A stretch of DNA of 64,000 nucleotides from Octopus vulgaris (taxonomy: Eukaryota). This document shows positions 11,118 through 24,241 of this stretch, piece after piece. The notes beneath the pieces are model-generated. The model saw nothing but the letters and a program-made list of their open reading frames with translations. It made no database searches and had not been told where the DNA came from. The translations under genes and the position numbers were made by a program. Where the stretch lies: contig OX597829.1 of NCBI GenBank assembly GCA_951406725.2, forward strand, positions 39,308,001-39,372,000. The letters are read 5' to 3'. How positions within the stretch are numbered: the stretch's first letter is position 1; every line of letters begins with the position of its first letter.

Positions 11118-12889
11118 ATATATATATATATATATATACATACATATATATATACACACACACACATACACATATGTATACACACACACACATATATATA
11201 TATATACACTTCAGCAGTGAAGAAAAGCACCACAGAGCGATGGAGTGGCTGGACGCGTTGCAAACACGTGGTTTCCAGTTCTGACCCGCTATGCAGCATC
11301 TTGAGCAAGTGTCTTCAACTTTAGTTCTGGGTCGACTTATGCCTTGTGAGTGAATTCATTAGAAGAAATAGTGTGAAAGTCCATCGCGCGTGTGTGTGTG
11401 TGTGTGTGTGTGCATATATGTGTATTTGCCCCACCCACACGTTTGACAACCGGTATCGATTTGTTTACGTCTCCTAAGTGGTTCGGCAAAAGAGTATAAT
11501 TGAAAAATGTAGTAGACTTCAAAAAATAAGTGCTGAGTCGATTTATTCGACTAAAGCCTGCAATGCCAAATGCCCCAGCATGACAGCAGTGCAACGACCT
11601 AAACAAATAAAAAAAAAAAGTACACACCCACTTACATACATACAAATACACAGGTAATAACACCACTATCTCAACAGTGTTTATAATCAGGACAATGCGT
11701 TTAGAAACAAAAATCTATAAATACAACAATTTAAAATTGATCTCACGGGTTCAGCGTTTTCCCATCGTGACAAATGTCAAGGAATATATGAATAAATTTG
11801 TATGAAATAATAGTTGGTTTTCCACGTAATAAAAAGACGACAACAACAACAACAAAAGTAAGAAAAAAGAAACAAATTGTTTCTCGAACCGCTCAACAAT
11901 CAAAATTAAAACATCTCGAAGAGGAATCTTAACAATCTTTATATTTAATATTATAATATTATATTATAACTAAAAAATAAAATTTTAAGTAACTGAAAGT
12001 TGATGGCTTTTTAATGACTTGAATAATGCGTAAAGTTGAGAGAACGTCATTTCATTCAAAGTAAATAAATAGCTTTAATGACACTTGCGTAAGGCCAATT
12101 AAGAAGTTGACATAAGTTAAGTATATTGTTCCAATGCGTGTCTGTATATAAAGTTAGAAAATTATAAATATTGGTTATTACTTCAAAAGTGAATGTTATG
12201 TATTTTTAAGATTTAGCAGGAGACCCAATGGAATGCCAAATTGAACTTCGCGGCATGTGAAGGCAACACTCTGTGCACTTTTATAGACTTATAGTAATCT
12301 GTGGAAATAGTAACCGAATTTTATTTTCTGAAACTCATTATATGAAACTCATATATCCCTTTGTAGTCTTCTAAAATATGTTCTTGTTTTATCGTGCAGC
12401 GATCAATAAAGAATTCTACACCTACACACACACACACACATACATACATACATACGCAAGCACATACATACACATATATGTAAGTATATATATATGATAT
12501 TCGAAGAAAAGAAACAAGAAAACTAAAACCGAAGGAGTAGGAATTTTGATAACTGTCTCCCCCACGAAATAATAGGACCATTGTATACTGATCAACAATA
12601 CTCAGTGTCCCTTCAACGAATCGATAAAAAAAATAAACAATTAAAACTATGCAAAATGCGAGAGGAAATTTATAAAAAAAAAAGAAAAAAAACAAAACAA
12701 ACGAATGAAAACATTCTAACTATCAACACATTTCCATTGTCAACACCGTAAAGAAAAAAAAAGAAAATTAACGTAATGGATGTAACAAATATTCATTTAC
12801 TAAAAAAAAATTTAAAATGAGGAAAATTAATTAGGAAAAGTTATGGAATGAAAAGATTATAAAACTATTCGAATCATGTGCCAACTCAC

Positions 12890-12908
12890 CAGGTTTCATG
12901 GCTGCCAT
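12890..12908 (-). CDS. Candidate first coding micro-exon (MAAMKP + phase-1 donor) of an unidentified host gene
   Basis: Minus strand AGAA-ATGGCAGCCATGAAACCTG|GTGAGT: good Kozak and YY1-like AAATGGC context, consensus donor, in unique non-TE sequence next to promoter motifs. Confidence 0.45.
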
Positions 12909-12914
12909 TTCTTA

Positions 12915-12950
12915 GTAGTGACGTAACATTTGAGTTGACCAATCAAATGT
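12915..12950 (-). promoter_or_regulatory. Candidate proximal promoter: CRE/ATF site and NF-Y CCAAT box
   Basis: TGACGTAA at 12919-12926 and GACCAATCA at 12937-12945, immediately 5' of the candidate ATG. Confidence 0.45.
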
Positions 12951-13462
12951 CACTTTAAGAAAGTCAGTCAGCTTGGACCATTATCTTACCATTATCTTCA
13001 GTTCTACTAACTCTGTTGTTACTATAATTGCTACGCTATTTTCTGCTGTTGCTGTTTAGCCCCAGGTCAGCTCTGATCAAGCAGGCATATTTGTAAAGAC
13101 ATTCCAGTCAGTCGTCGCTATGCTGTCTTCTTTCTTTTCCGTTTTTTTTTTTATTTTTTTATTTTTTTTTTAGATACAGCCTATTTAGGATCTGTCGCGT
13201 CTCTTATTTAAAATGGATAGAATGTGATTTAGAGGAAAATTTCGGTGATATTCAGAACAGAATGGACAAAAAGTATAAGTGATTATATCGATGTCAAATT
13301 TTGGCACAAGGCCAGCAATTTCGGAGAAGGTCAAAGTCGATAACATCGACTTGTAATGCTCAAATGATACTTATTTTATCGACCCCCCCGCCAAAAAAAA
13401 TGAAAGACAAAGTTGACCCCCGCGGTATTTGAACTCGGAACATAAAGCCGCTGGGAAATACC

Positions 13463-14030
13463 TATTTCTTTACTACCCTCAAGGGGCTAAACACAGAGAG
13501 GACAAACAAGGACAGACAAAGGGATTAAGTCGATTACATCGACCCCAGTGCGTAACTGGTACTTAATTTATCGACCCTGAAAGAATGAAAGGCAAAATCG
13601 ACCTCGGCGGAATTTGAACTCAGAACGTAGCGGCAGACGAAATACCTATTTCCATATTACCCACAAGGGGCTAAACATTGAGGGGACAAACAAGGACAGA
13701 CAAAGGGATTAAGTCGATTACATCGACCCCCAATGCGTAACTGGTACTTATTTAATCGACCCCGAAAGGATGAAAGGTAAAGTCGACCTCGGCGGAATTT
13801 GAACTCAGATCGTAGCGGCAGACGAAATACCTATTTCTTTATTATCCACAAGGGGCTAAACACAGAGGGGACAAACAAGGACAGACAAAGGGATTAAGTC
13901 AATTACATCGACCCCAGTGCGTAACTGGTACTTATTTAATCGACCCCGAAAGGATGAAAGGCAAAGTCGACCTCGGCAGAATTTGAACTCAGAACGTAGC
14001 GGCACTCGAAATACCGCTAAGCATTTTTCC
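13463..14030 (-). mobile_element. tRNA-derived SINE family A, head-to-tail trimer
   Basis: Units begin on + at 13463, 13647 and 13832 (period 184-185). B-box GAGTTCAAATTCC; central GCCTTTCATCCTTTCGGGGTCGATAAATTAAGTACCAG (resembles Meta/MESC-type SINE domains); 3' end ..TAAAGAAATA. Confidence 0.9.
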
Positions 14031-14340
14031 AGCGCGGTATAGGTGATTATATCGATAGTATTATTGTAACAGGTACTTATTTTTACTGTCCTCGAAAGAG
14101 AAAGTCACTGTCAGTTTCGATTTATACTGAGCGAAAATTGATCCCGGCTATCGATCATTTTTGTTTCCTTGACAGCATTAGTAACACTTAGACACAAATA
14201 CTACAAATATTGGTTCGAGGGTAGGATTGATTCCTCCTTTTTATTTTTAATTGGTATGGTTTAGAGAAAAAGGCAGTGACTATGGGCCTTTCCTGGCTCT
14301 CTGAGATCGGTGAAATAACACAGTTAACGATTCTCTAGAG

Positions 14341-14541
14341 CAGTGGTTTTCAACCAGGGTTCCGCCAGTACAGTCCAGGGGTTCCGCAAGAAGTTACAAA
14401 ACTGCTAAAATCGGCAGTAATTTTTAATTCTCCTGTGCAGATATGTGTGCATAAGTCTATTAAATTATTGCACAGGGGTTCCTCGAGCCAGTGGAATGCT
14501 TCCTTGGGGTTCCGCTCCAGCAAAAAGGTTGAAAAGCACTG
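14341..14541. mobile_element. hAT (Charlie-like) MITE
   Basis: TIRs CAGTGGTTTTCAACC / GGTTGAAAAGCACTG; 8-bp TSD CTCTAGAG / CTCTAAAG, matching the nTCTAGAn target preference. Confidence 0.85.
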
Positions 14542-15132
14542 CTCTAAAGTAACAGTATAGCGGAAACAAAGTTCACACTGTGCATTACTTTGAAAACTGC
14601 CCACTCGCACCGCGTTCCTGACTAAACCGGAAAATTCCTTATTTCTACCAGGACTCGCGACTCTTCATGCGAAATGAACTGGTTTTGGAAATGGACTATT
14701 TATTCTGTGCTATAAGCTATTACAGTGTTATGAAAAACTATGTAGATGCAGGGCTGTCTTTGTAGTATTACAGGCCCCCGGACAAATCAATGCTCTGGGA
14801 CCTATAGTATTTATTTATTGACAGCAATACATAAATGAAATTGGGTCCCTTTACCCTTGTCCGATATGCCCACGCCTTCGAAAAGTACTATATAAATGAA
14901 CACTAAATGTCAGGCCAGAACAGAAAAAAGGTTAGTTGTCATAGCCTAGATTTGGCTTTCCCCGCTTCCAAAAACGTAACATAACTTCAACTACAGCAAT
15001 CTCGTGTCAATAAAGCGGCGGCCAAATGTGGTTTGCAGCACACCCTATGTTAGTTATTTATGACCTACGAATTTTGAGGGAGAGAAAACTATTGTTCCTC
15101 AAAAGCAGGACTCTTTGGGAAAGAATTATCTC

Positions 15133-15550
15133 GGATCTTTTCGGTTTGAACGGCAGTTTTTAACATAATTTCTAGATAACTAAAAAAATTTTAACTTCTT
15201 ATACTGGTAGAAATGTGTTTATAAAACATCTTTTTCTCTTGGCTTTATTGAGAAAATTCTATAGTTTGTAAGATATTTGTTGTTTTTTTTCTTCAATTTC
15301 TGCAATTTCAACCAATCACTGACGTCTATTGAGGTAAAAAAAAAATTCTGTGCCGTATGAATATGTCCCTCGTTTAAGTAACAGATTGGGTTTATTTACA
15401 TTTCTGAAGAAAAAAGATACCCTTCCCCCACCCCTAACCCTAACCCTAAAACAGATTGAAATGCAATAGATCGATACTAGGGTCATAATTATGGGTGACA
15501 ATTTCATATGACACCGCTAGAAAAAACTGCCGTTCAAACCGAAAAGATCC
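15133..15550. mobile_element. MITE with 5'-GG TIRs and 8-bp TSD (Merlin-like), carrying (TTAGGG)3
   Basis: 29-bp TIR GGATCTTTTCGGTTTGAACGGCAGTTTTT at both ends; exact TSD ATTATCTC; CCCTAACCCTAACCCTAA at about 15431-15448. Confidence 0.88.
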
Positions 15551-17949
15551 ATTATCTCTATCATAAAGTGTTCTGGTCCAGTTATGAGTACATCTTGCAC
15601 AATATGTGTACATTATATATACATACCTGTGACTCATATGTAAATTATACATTCAGCGCTGATTATCAAAATGCTTAATGAGCAAGTTAACGCGGGGCCT
15701 ATAGTTTACATCTGACTTGGCCCCTTGGTACCAGTTGAAATAATGATAGGAGAGAACAAATGTTTTCCTTTAATTCATTTGTCTGTGTGCGTAAAAATTC
15801 TTATGCGGTGCAAAATGTCTTTCTTTCTATGACAAAAAGCATGTACATACAGAATGTTTGTGCAAATGTAAACCTAAGAATTACTTTTATTTCAGCATGA
15901 GAATAATGACACATTTTAAGCATTAGTCTCTCAGCAATTGCATAGAAATGGTGGGAGGGAGACAAAATTAAATAAAGAAAGAAAAGAAAGTAAACTTCAA
16001 GAAAACCTGTTCTTCTAAATGAGCACAAAGACGATTTATAGAAGTCAAAAGCGAACTTGTTACGACCGATACAGTTGGTTGTGAGATCATTTTCAATAAC
16101 GGTACTAATTAATTGCTACATTATCTTAGATAACTTGTCTTTTGTGCACTGGTTGCGAAATACGTGTGCACGCGCAGAAACTAGAGGGAATATTCAGGTT
16201 GCTACATTTTACACCTGGCCCCCAGCCTGTTAATCAGCTTTTACAGGGCCAGACGTGGCTCTGAGGTTAGTAGTTTGCTTCCCAAAACTCATGATTTCGG
16301 GTTAGGTCCACTACGTGGAACCTTGAAAAAGTGCCTTCTACTATAGACGAGGGCCAACCAAAGGCTCGCTAGAGGATTTGGTTGAAGGAAACTTTAAAAA
16401 AGCCTATCACACACACACACACACACACAGATAATATGTATGTGTGTCTTTGTGATGTCCCCCCACCACGTTTCACAATCGGTTTTGTTTTCTTAGCGTC
16501 CTCGTAACTTAGCGGTTCAGAAAAAAGAGCACGATGGAATAAGTACTAAGCTTCAAAACAAAAACAAACGAAAAAAAAAGGTACCAAAGTCGAGGATCGA
16601 TTCGTTCCTCAAAAAACCCTTCAAAACGTTGCCTCAGTATGACCGCGCTCCAATGACTGCAGCAAATAAAAGGATTCGATTCTATAGAGAAGAAGACTGC
16701 TTGTATGATAATTATCGTGCTGTAAGATTTCTCTGCAGACAAACCAGCTGTACAGCTAGTCCCATTACAATGAAGCAGTCATCAACACGTTGCCTTCTAT
16801 ACCCTACGCAGTTAACAGTGCAAGCAACTAACATTACGAGTCAATAAACAAACAAACACATCGCTTGTGTTCACCGACTTCTCGTGTTATATTTTGGAAC
16901 GTCAACATTACTTCATTTCAGATTAATACAGCATTTTTCCGCGGGGTTGACGGGCAGTTCCCTTCCCTCCCCGGGATAAACACGCGAAAATTGCCAGAAA
17001 AAAATAAAAAATAAAAAAGTTCACTAATTGTTACGTTTAAAACAGTTAAAATGGTTTTAAACTTATTAAAACTTGTCCGACATCATGGCAAAGAAAAGAA
17101 AAAAAGACATAATTATACAAGTTTGACTCCCCGCCGACTTTGTGGTCTCATAACTTTCAGAAAAATTGGTATTTTTTAATGAAATTTTCTTCATATTTCT
17201 TTCGGATAATGTAAATTGTGATTATGCTGAAATTTATTGTGAACAACTTTTTCAGAGGTGGTGGGGAAGAAATTTCGGACAATCCAAACAAGTCGACTAA
17301 CTTGTTTCATTAAAAAATTGGTATTTTTTAATGAAATTTTCCACAAATACCCTTCAGGTGGTGTAAACTACAATTATATCGGAATTTAATGTAAAAAGGA
17401 AAACTGGTGGGTTTCACACATCATATACTTATACGTATCTACAAAATAAAACTAAAAATTTTGGAAGATTTATCAATTGTGTCAATATGTATGCGCGCGC
17501 CTATCAGATTATATTATTATTTTACATCTACTCTACCTGAAAAGTGTTTGTAGAAAATTTCATTAAAAAAATCCATTTTTCTAACAGAGGCAGGGGGCAT
17601 ACTTCTGTAGGTATGACAGAAAATACATACGCGCACACACACACACACGGATACAAAATGCATTTTGCTTTCTCATTAATAAAACATGTGACGTGGGCCG
17701 AGAAGATTTTTCATTGGTACTTCTCATTTTGAAAACCAGTGGTCTAATCATTGCTGATAAGTTGTCAGTAGCGATGAGAACTTTGATCAGTTTTATCGTG
17801 TTTCACTTAATTTTTATTTCATCTTATTTTCTGATCAACAAACATAATTGCAACTATTATTATTAATATTTTTAAAGTAGCAAACTGGCAGAATCATTAT
17901 CATGCCAGTCAAAATACTTAGCGGTATTTCGTCCGTCTTTACGTTCAAC

Positions 17950-20666
17950 TTTGGATCATGATTCTAGCGTTCCGCTCCCTAACTGATGGTAGCTATCTCT
18001 GACTCGAGTTGTCATTCATTAACTAACTGATTGAGTTGTCACGAGCCAACTAATTGATTTTTACTTGGGGTTCTTGCTTTTATAACTATCCAGAAGGATA
18101 AACATATCGCTGAGAACAATGGATTTAGTTGGTGGTATTTGTTATCATAATTCGAGCTTTTGTGGTCTATGAGAGGTTAGAAAGGTCAAGTAGTGAAAAC
18201 ATTATTTTGGCCTAGCTAAGGCATCTGGAAAATGTAAAACTACTGTCACAGAAAAAAAACCCCATTGTTTCACCATGAGAAAAGTTCTGTTGAAATGTTA
18301 ATTTGAATTTGGCTATGGTGGATCGATTCCATTTCATGCCTGCAAGATCCACTACATCCCCCCCCCCCCAGTGCGGCTCCGAGGAAAGGAAACGAACGAT
18401 CGAAGGAGAGAAAGAAATGCATGGTTGAGGAGAAATTTTGCAAATCAGGAGAAGGGATCGTTGAAGTATACACGGGACAATTTTCTATTCGGATTAGTTC
18501 GAATAGCGGTGTCGCTTTGCGTGCCAAAATATGTGCAGTCAGTGACTGGGCAGTACAGCAAATGAGTGTGTCTGTGCGCGTGAGGGCGTATACACGAGTG
18601 CAGGGACACGTATCAAAATTCACTGAAAAATAAGCTCAGGTGAGCGAGCGAGTGAGTGTATTCTCAATCCGTGATATGAAAGATCTTCCTGCAGGGTTGC
18701 AGTGTGTGAAATGCCTTGAAAGTTTTTCCGAAGTGAAATGTGTCTGGTGCTGTTGTCATGGGTAATTGATGAGGTTAGCAAGGACGACAGTGTAAGCGTG
18801 CTGGAGTGATGCGCAAGATAGATAATTTTCTCTATTAACTTCGTGACCAAACAGGGGGGAAATCATGACTAAACATGAGTGCAGAGCATGTGAACGTTCG
18901 ACGTGCATTGAGTCGGGGAAAATGTTGAGCTGATACAGACGTATTGCAAAACAAGGCCGTAGATTCATAATAGAGGTGTATGAGCACAGGGCTTGCAAGG
19001 CTGAGGCAGATATGCTAGTCATTGATTACAAATACAGTGTACAGTATTGAATATGCCAGTGGTTAAGGCAGTGATGAATATAGCAGCCGGTGCATGAGGT
19101 ATCATATGCCTCGATCATGCAGGAGCAAAAGTGTGGCATGCTGGCGCGTTGAAAGGGACAAACAACTTTCTCTATGTATGCGTGACCGACCTAGGGTCTT
19201 ACAGAGATTAGCTGTGTCTACAAGGGCCTAGGGAGTATGAAAAACAAGCGAGAAAGGCATGTGTGGGACATGAATGTGACAGAGTTAATAGGTGTGTGTA
19301 TAACAATGTGTGCAAATGGAAAGGTGCATGCGAAGAAACAAATTACAGACATTCAAAAGAAGAACATTTAGCAGAAACCAGGTAATAAAAACAGGTGAAC
19401 AATGCGTGTGCGGTGCAAACATAACAAAACGAATGAAGTAAAAATGACAAACTTGGTTAGAAAGTCTTCTGGTCCTGGTAAGCTAAAAAGTAGCATTTGA
19501 AATGCAAAAATAGGTGCATGCAAAGTATGTTCAAGCCTATGGCTGTCGAAAAAGTTGCGCGTGTGGGCTTCCATATTTTTATTGGCTTCCATGATCGGCA
19601 AATTCCTTACGTATCAGCAGTGTTGCATTTTCGTGGAGTGCATCGTAGTGTCGATCGCAGGATATAGAGCTTTTTGTAGCAGGTCGAAGGAAGGTGCATC
19701 TTGGTGGTGACGAAGGTTGTCATTCTTTTCCTTTGGTTTAGCGACTATTGATGTGAAGGCGGTAGTTCTTTAGTTCGAAGTCAGCAAAAATGCAGCAGCA
19801 TATAACTTCAGAAGGTAGCAATTCTTTCCACACGGAGTCACCAATTTGATGGTAATGTAGCTTCAGAAGGCAGCAATTCTTTCGCTCGGGGTCACCAGTT
19901 GTTAGGGTTGAAATTTATTGCAACGGCATGTTGTAAGATGTGAAAGATGAACAATGTAAGAAGTTTTGAGGAAATATTTATTTATCGTTACATTGACTAT
20001 ACCTTGCCTCGACGGGCAGGTGATAAAATCCTAGAGCATGCTATGTAAAGTTAGATGTAGTAGATTTTCCTTGTATAGTTTTGTGTACACGTTTTCTTAG
20101 CAGCAATCCACAGATAGCGATAGAATGATGTTGAAAGGGAACATAATTAGAGCTAGTTAAAGTTGTAGAAAGATGCCTCATGGTTGCTGACAGTAAATTT
20201 CATTTCTCCCTTAGACTATTGTCTTTAGTAGCTGCCTTGCTTTGGATCATGATTCTAGCGTTCCGCTCCCTAACTGATGGTAACTGATTGAGTTGTCACG
20301 AGCCGACTAATTGATTTTTGCTTGGGGTGCTTACTTTTATAACTATCCAGAGTGATAGACATCGTTGAGAACAATGGATTTAGTTGGTAGTATTTGTTAT
20401 CATAAATGGCGGTGCCCCAGCATGGCCACAGCTCGTGAGCTGAAACTAGATAAAATAAAATAAAATAAAAATAATTCGAGAAGTTAGAAAATTCAACTGG
20501 TGAAAACATTATTTCGGCCTAGCTAAGGCATGTGGAAAATGTAAAACTGCTGTCACAGAAAAAAAAAAAAACTATTGTTCCACCATGAGAAAAGTTCTGT
20601 AGAAATGTTAATTTAAATTTGGCTATGGTGGATGGAATCCACTTCATGCGTGCAAAATCCATTACA
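17950..20666 (-). mobile_element. Gypsy/Ty3 LTR retrotransposon relic (5' LTR 19900-20666; truncated 3' LTR about 17950-18356)
   Basis: Two direct LTR copies starting TGTA on the minus strand. PBS TGGTGACCCCGA (19897-19886) is complementary to the tRNA-Trp 3' end. PPT G12 (18358-18369) abuts the 3' LTR. Heavily decayed gag/protease/integrase-like residues lie between. Confidence 0.85.
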
Positions 20667-20832
20667 GATCAATCGAAAGCTTCTGACCGTCAACACTTGA
20701 CAGCTCTTCTCACGGCAGTCGGTTTCGGTCCCATCTTCCGTGGTTGGATCCCCGCAGTGTACAGCGATATCTGCTCGGTGATTCGGGTGAACGGTTACCT
20801 ATCCGAATCATTCAACATCATACACTCGTCCA
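20667..20832 (+). mobile_element. L1/Tx1-clade RT fragment, interrupted by the Gypsy LTR
   Basis: DQSKASDR..QHLTALLTAVGFGPIFRGWIPAVYSDICSVIRVNGYLSESFNIIHS matches the Tx1-type RT stretch DQxKAFDRV..GFG..F..WI..LY..VRVNG.LS..F. Confidence 0.8.
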
Positions 20833-21864
20833 TAAAAATCGAAGAAAGTGCTGGCGAAAAACCGAACATATCTGGTTGAGTTCGAGAAACATGTACCATC
20901 ATAGCCTGAGACTAGACACCTTCTAATCTAGTTTACACTGTTTCTGCTTCCTTAATAACTCTTATCGATTCTACTTTAATCACTCTTTTCAGGACGATCC
21001 ACTATTTGTTGTTGACGATCGCCCCAGTCAACAACTAATTCACTAATCTGGTCTGTGTAAACATGACGAGTCGAGAGCAACAAGTTCAGTTTCCGGCAAA
21101 ATTTTTGCGAGGCGGAACAAGGTTGCTTTCGGAACCTACCTAAGATGAGGTAACCCATTAGAAATTTGAGAGGCTCCCCCTTCTATCTCTGACTTCTTCT
21201 TTGGATCCCTGAGCCCTCTGAATATTAGATATTCTGAGGTATGGCCGCATTATGGTTAGAAGCGTGTGGTTTTATGTTTAATCCTCGTACTACACCTTCG
21301 GCAAGGTTTCTCACCACAGCCTTGGACTGAACTGTACTTTGTGAAATAAATTTGATAAACAAAAACTGTAATGAATTTCGTAGTCCGTGATTCGATTCGG
21401 ATCACCTGTTACACCCTGTAACAAAATTTTTATTATTTTTGTCTTTGGTCAGTAAGTGTAATTTCCTTTTTGCTTTTATAGAAATCAAAGGAAATGACTA
21501 CTATTCCCTTCAAATTTTTGTGACCTGGACATCAATGTTTTGAAACTGACCTATTTTCCATTACATTTCAGACAAATTCAGTACCATATTGCTGAAGCAG
21601 AAATATCGTTACAACAAATATTCTGCTCAATCCAACAGATTTGCTTGTCAGTTATTTGACCTTAATCACTTGAGCATGTCTCTAGGTGGCTGATATTATA
21701 TTCATCTCTGATCATGAGCAGAAGTAGTGGGGGAGTACCATAGCCATGGATTCTTTGTGGGTTTGAATAAAAGTAACAAAAGCAAGGTTTGAAGGAAATA
21801 TTAACCATTTTTCATACTTTCTAGGGGTGAGCAAATAGGAAAAAATAGTTTCTGTCCAAGAACA

Positions 21865-22760
21865 TGTAGTGGATCTTGCATGCATGAAGTGGATTCCATC
21901 CACCATAGCCAAATTTAAATTAACACTGCAACAGAACTTTTCCCACGGTGGAGCAATGGTTTTTCTTCGACAGCAGTTTTACATTTTCCAGGTGCCTTTA
22001 GTTAGGCCGAAATAATGTCTTCACCACTTGACCGTCTCTAACCTCTTCTACTTCACCAAAAACTAGAATAGAAATAACAAGATCACCAACTAAATCTATT
22101 GTTCTCACTGATATGTCTGTCCTTCTGGATAGTTATAAAAGCAAGAACACTCCAAGCACAAGTCAATCGGTGACGACTCAATGAGAACGAACTCTGACTG
22201 ATCAGCTAGAACCATGGTCAGAAGGAGAAATGAAGTTAACTGTCAGCAACTGTGAGACAACGTCCCACTCCCTACGACTCTCACTAGCTCTAATTCTGTT
22301 CTCTTACAACATCATTCTATCTCTCTCTGTAATTACTACTAAACATCGAAGAGGATACAAACACAAACTTTACTTCGCATGCTTTTGGATTTATCAAAAC
22401 CTGTCCGTCGAGACAAGGTATTGTAACGTAACGGTAAATAAATACTTCCTTAAAACTTCATGTATTGTTCATCTTTCACATCCTACAGTATGAAATTATA
22501 ACAACAAAAATTTTATCGTTGCAACTGCTGACTCCGACATTTCATATTAATGTGTACCTAATCAATCTTACCCGTTACAATTTGTAACTACTCCGAAATA
22601 AAACCTTACCGTTACAATTGGTGACCCTCGACTTCAACTAAAAACTTTATCGTCACAGACATAATCATGTCTACCGGAAGAATTGTTATCCAAAGCTGCT
22701 CCACCTGAAGAATCGTCACCACTATCTTCAGTGAACAGAGTTTCTACAATTAGAATAATA
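21865..22760 (+). mobile_element. Second Gypsy relic: 5' LTR (21865-22616), PBS and start of gag
   Basis: TG...CA LTR homologous to 19900-20666 in opposite orientation; PBS TGGTGACCCTCGAC at 22619; gag-like ..SSVNRVSTIR, cut off by a Helitron. Confidence 0.82.
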
Positions 22761-22764
22761 TAAA

Positions 22765-23128
22765 TTGGCACTATGACTCGGCAACGCCGGGTCATAGTGC
22801 TAGTGCATGCATATACAGCTGCGTGCGTGCGCACATACACGCGTGTACTGTCCAAATCTCCAACCAATCACATACAGCTAGCTGGCATTCAATTGGCGTA
22901 TCAAGTTTCGGGCATTTTGATTGGGTTTTGGATAGAAAATTCACAAAAAAGTCACTTCTGTCGATTTTTTTAAATGGCATTGCGGGATGACTGGGGAAAT
23001 GTAAAGATGTGCACGACCACCTTTGGATGGTTTTGAATGACCATAGAAAGTGCAAGCCCTCTAACTGAAAAATTGTGGATTTGTATAAAGGACACGCACG
23101 CAGACATTTTGCCGTTTATATATAGAGA
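22765..23128 (-). mobile_element. Non-autonomous Helitron family H2
   Basis: 5' TC(TC)TATATATAAA end, palindromic 3' end GCACTATGACTCGGCAACGCCGGGTCATAGTGC; homologous to 38369-38708. Confidence 0.75.
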
Positions 23129-23479
23129 GAAATATTCCGAGATGTACTGTTCAAGAAAATGATTTGATCTGAAACCGTGTGTTAAAAACTAAAACAATGA
23201 CCGCGTGGGAAACACATATTAGTCACTCGAAAACGCCTAAAGACTTAATTTTACTTCGGTGGATTGTCAACTTCACCTAGACATTTATTATTTAGTGATT
23301 CGACTGGCTGTTTTCCTTTATGATTAAAATATTAATAAAAATAATATATAACTGAAATCACAATATATTTTTTTTAAATTCTCTTTTACTTCTTTCAGTC
23401 ATTAGACTGCTGCCATGCTGGGGCACCACCCCGAAAGGTTTTAGTCGAATAAATCGACTTCAGTACATTTTTTTAAAGT

Positions 23480-23863
23480 CTAGCGGTGTCATATGAAATT
23501 GTCACCCATAATTATGACCCTAGTATCGATCTATTGCTTTTCAATCTGTTTTAGGGTTAGGGGTCGGGGGAAGGGTGTCTTTTTTTCTTCACAAATTTAA
23601 ATACACCCAATCTATTTCTTAAACGAGGGACATATTGATACGGCACAGAATGTTTTTTTTTACCTCAATAGACGTCAGTGATTGGTTTAAATTGCAGAAA
23701 TTGAAGGAAAAAAACAATAAATATCTTACAAACTATAGAATTTTCTCAATAAAGCCAAGAGAAAAAGATGTTTTACAAACACATTCTACCAGTATACGAA
23801 GTTTAAAATTTTTTAGTTAACTAGAAATTATGTTAAAAACTGCCGTTCAAACCGAAAAGATCC
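23480..23863. mobile_element. Merlin-like MITE copy lacking its left TIR
   Basis: Reverse-orientation homologue of 15133-15550; ends AAAACTGCCGTTCAAACCGAAAAGATCC. Confidence 0.85.
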
Positions 23864-23934
23864 TCTGCTTCTTAACACTATCGGTACGTTTTGCCGAATC
23901 GCTGAGTTACGAGAACGTAAACAAACAACACTGG

Positions 23935-24195
23935 GGTACTACTCAAGAAGAGTGGTCCCGGTGCGCGCACTCGCGCATCCACGCTAGCTAGTCGTGACTA
24001 GTCAATCCTACGACTACCTAGCAAAGTAAATAAAACACAAAATAAATAATTTTCTTACACAAAGTAAATAATTTTTTAAAACAAAGTAAATAAAACACAA
24101 AAACATAAAGTAAGGATCAACTAGTCACGACTAGCTAGCGCGGATGTGCGAGTACGCGAGTGCGCGCCCCGGGACCACTCTTCTTAAGTAGTACC
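23935..24195. mobile_element. Mutator/MULE-like MITE nested in a family-B SINE
   Basis: GC-rich TIRs of about 70 bp starting GGTACTACT; exact 9-bp TSD CAACACTGG (23926-23934 / 24196-24204); AT-rich core with CAAAGTAAATAA repeats. Confidence 0.85.
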
Positions 24196-24241
24196 CAACA
24201 CTGGTTGTCAAACCGTGAGATAAGGAACAGGCCCCAACACA

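Noticed and set aside
14560-14700. Possible promoter motifs (CCGGAA, ACTCGCGAC)
   Set aside because: Short motifs between MITEs with no adjacent exon evidence.
16690-16850. Unique-looking segment as a possible exon
   Set aside because: No convincing splice-site pair or recognisable peptide on either strand.
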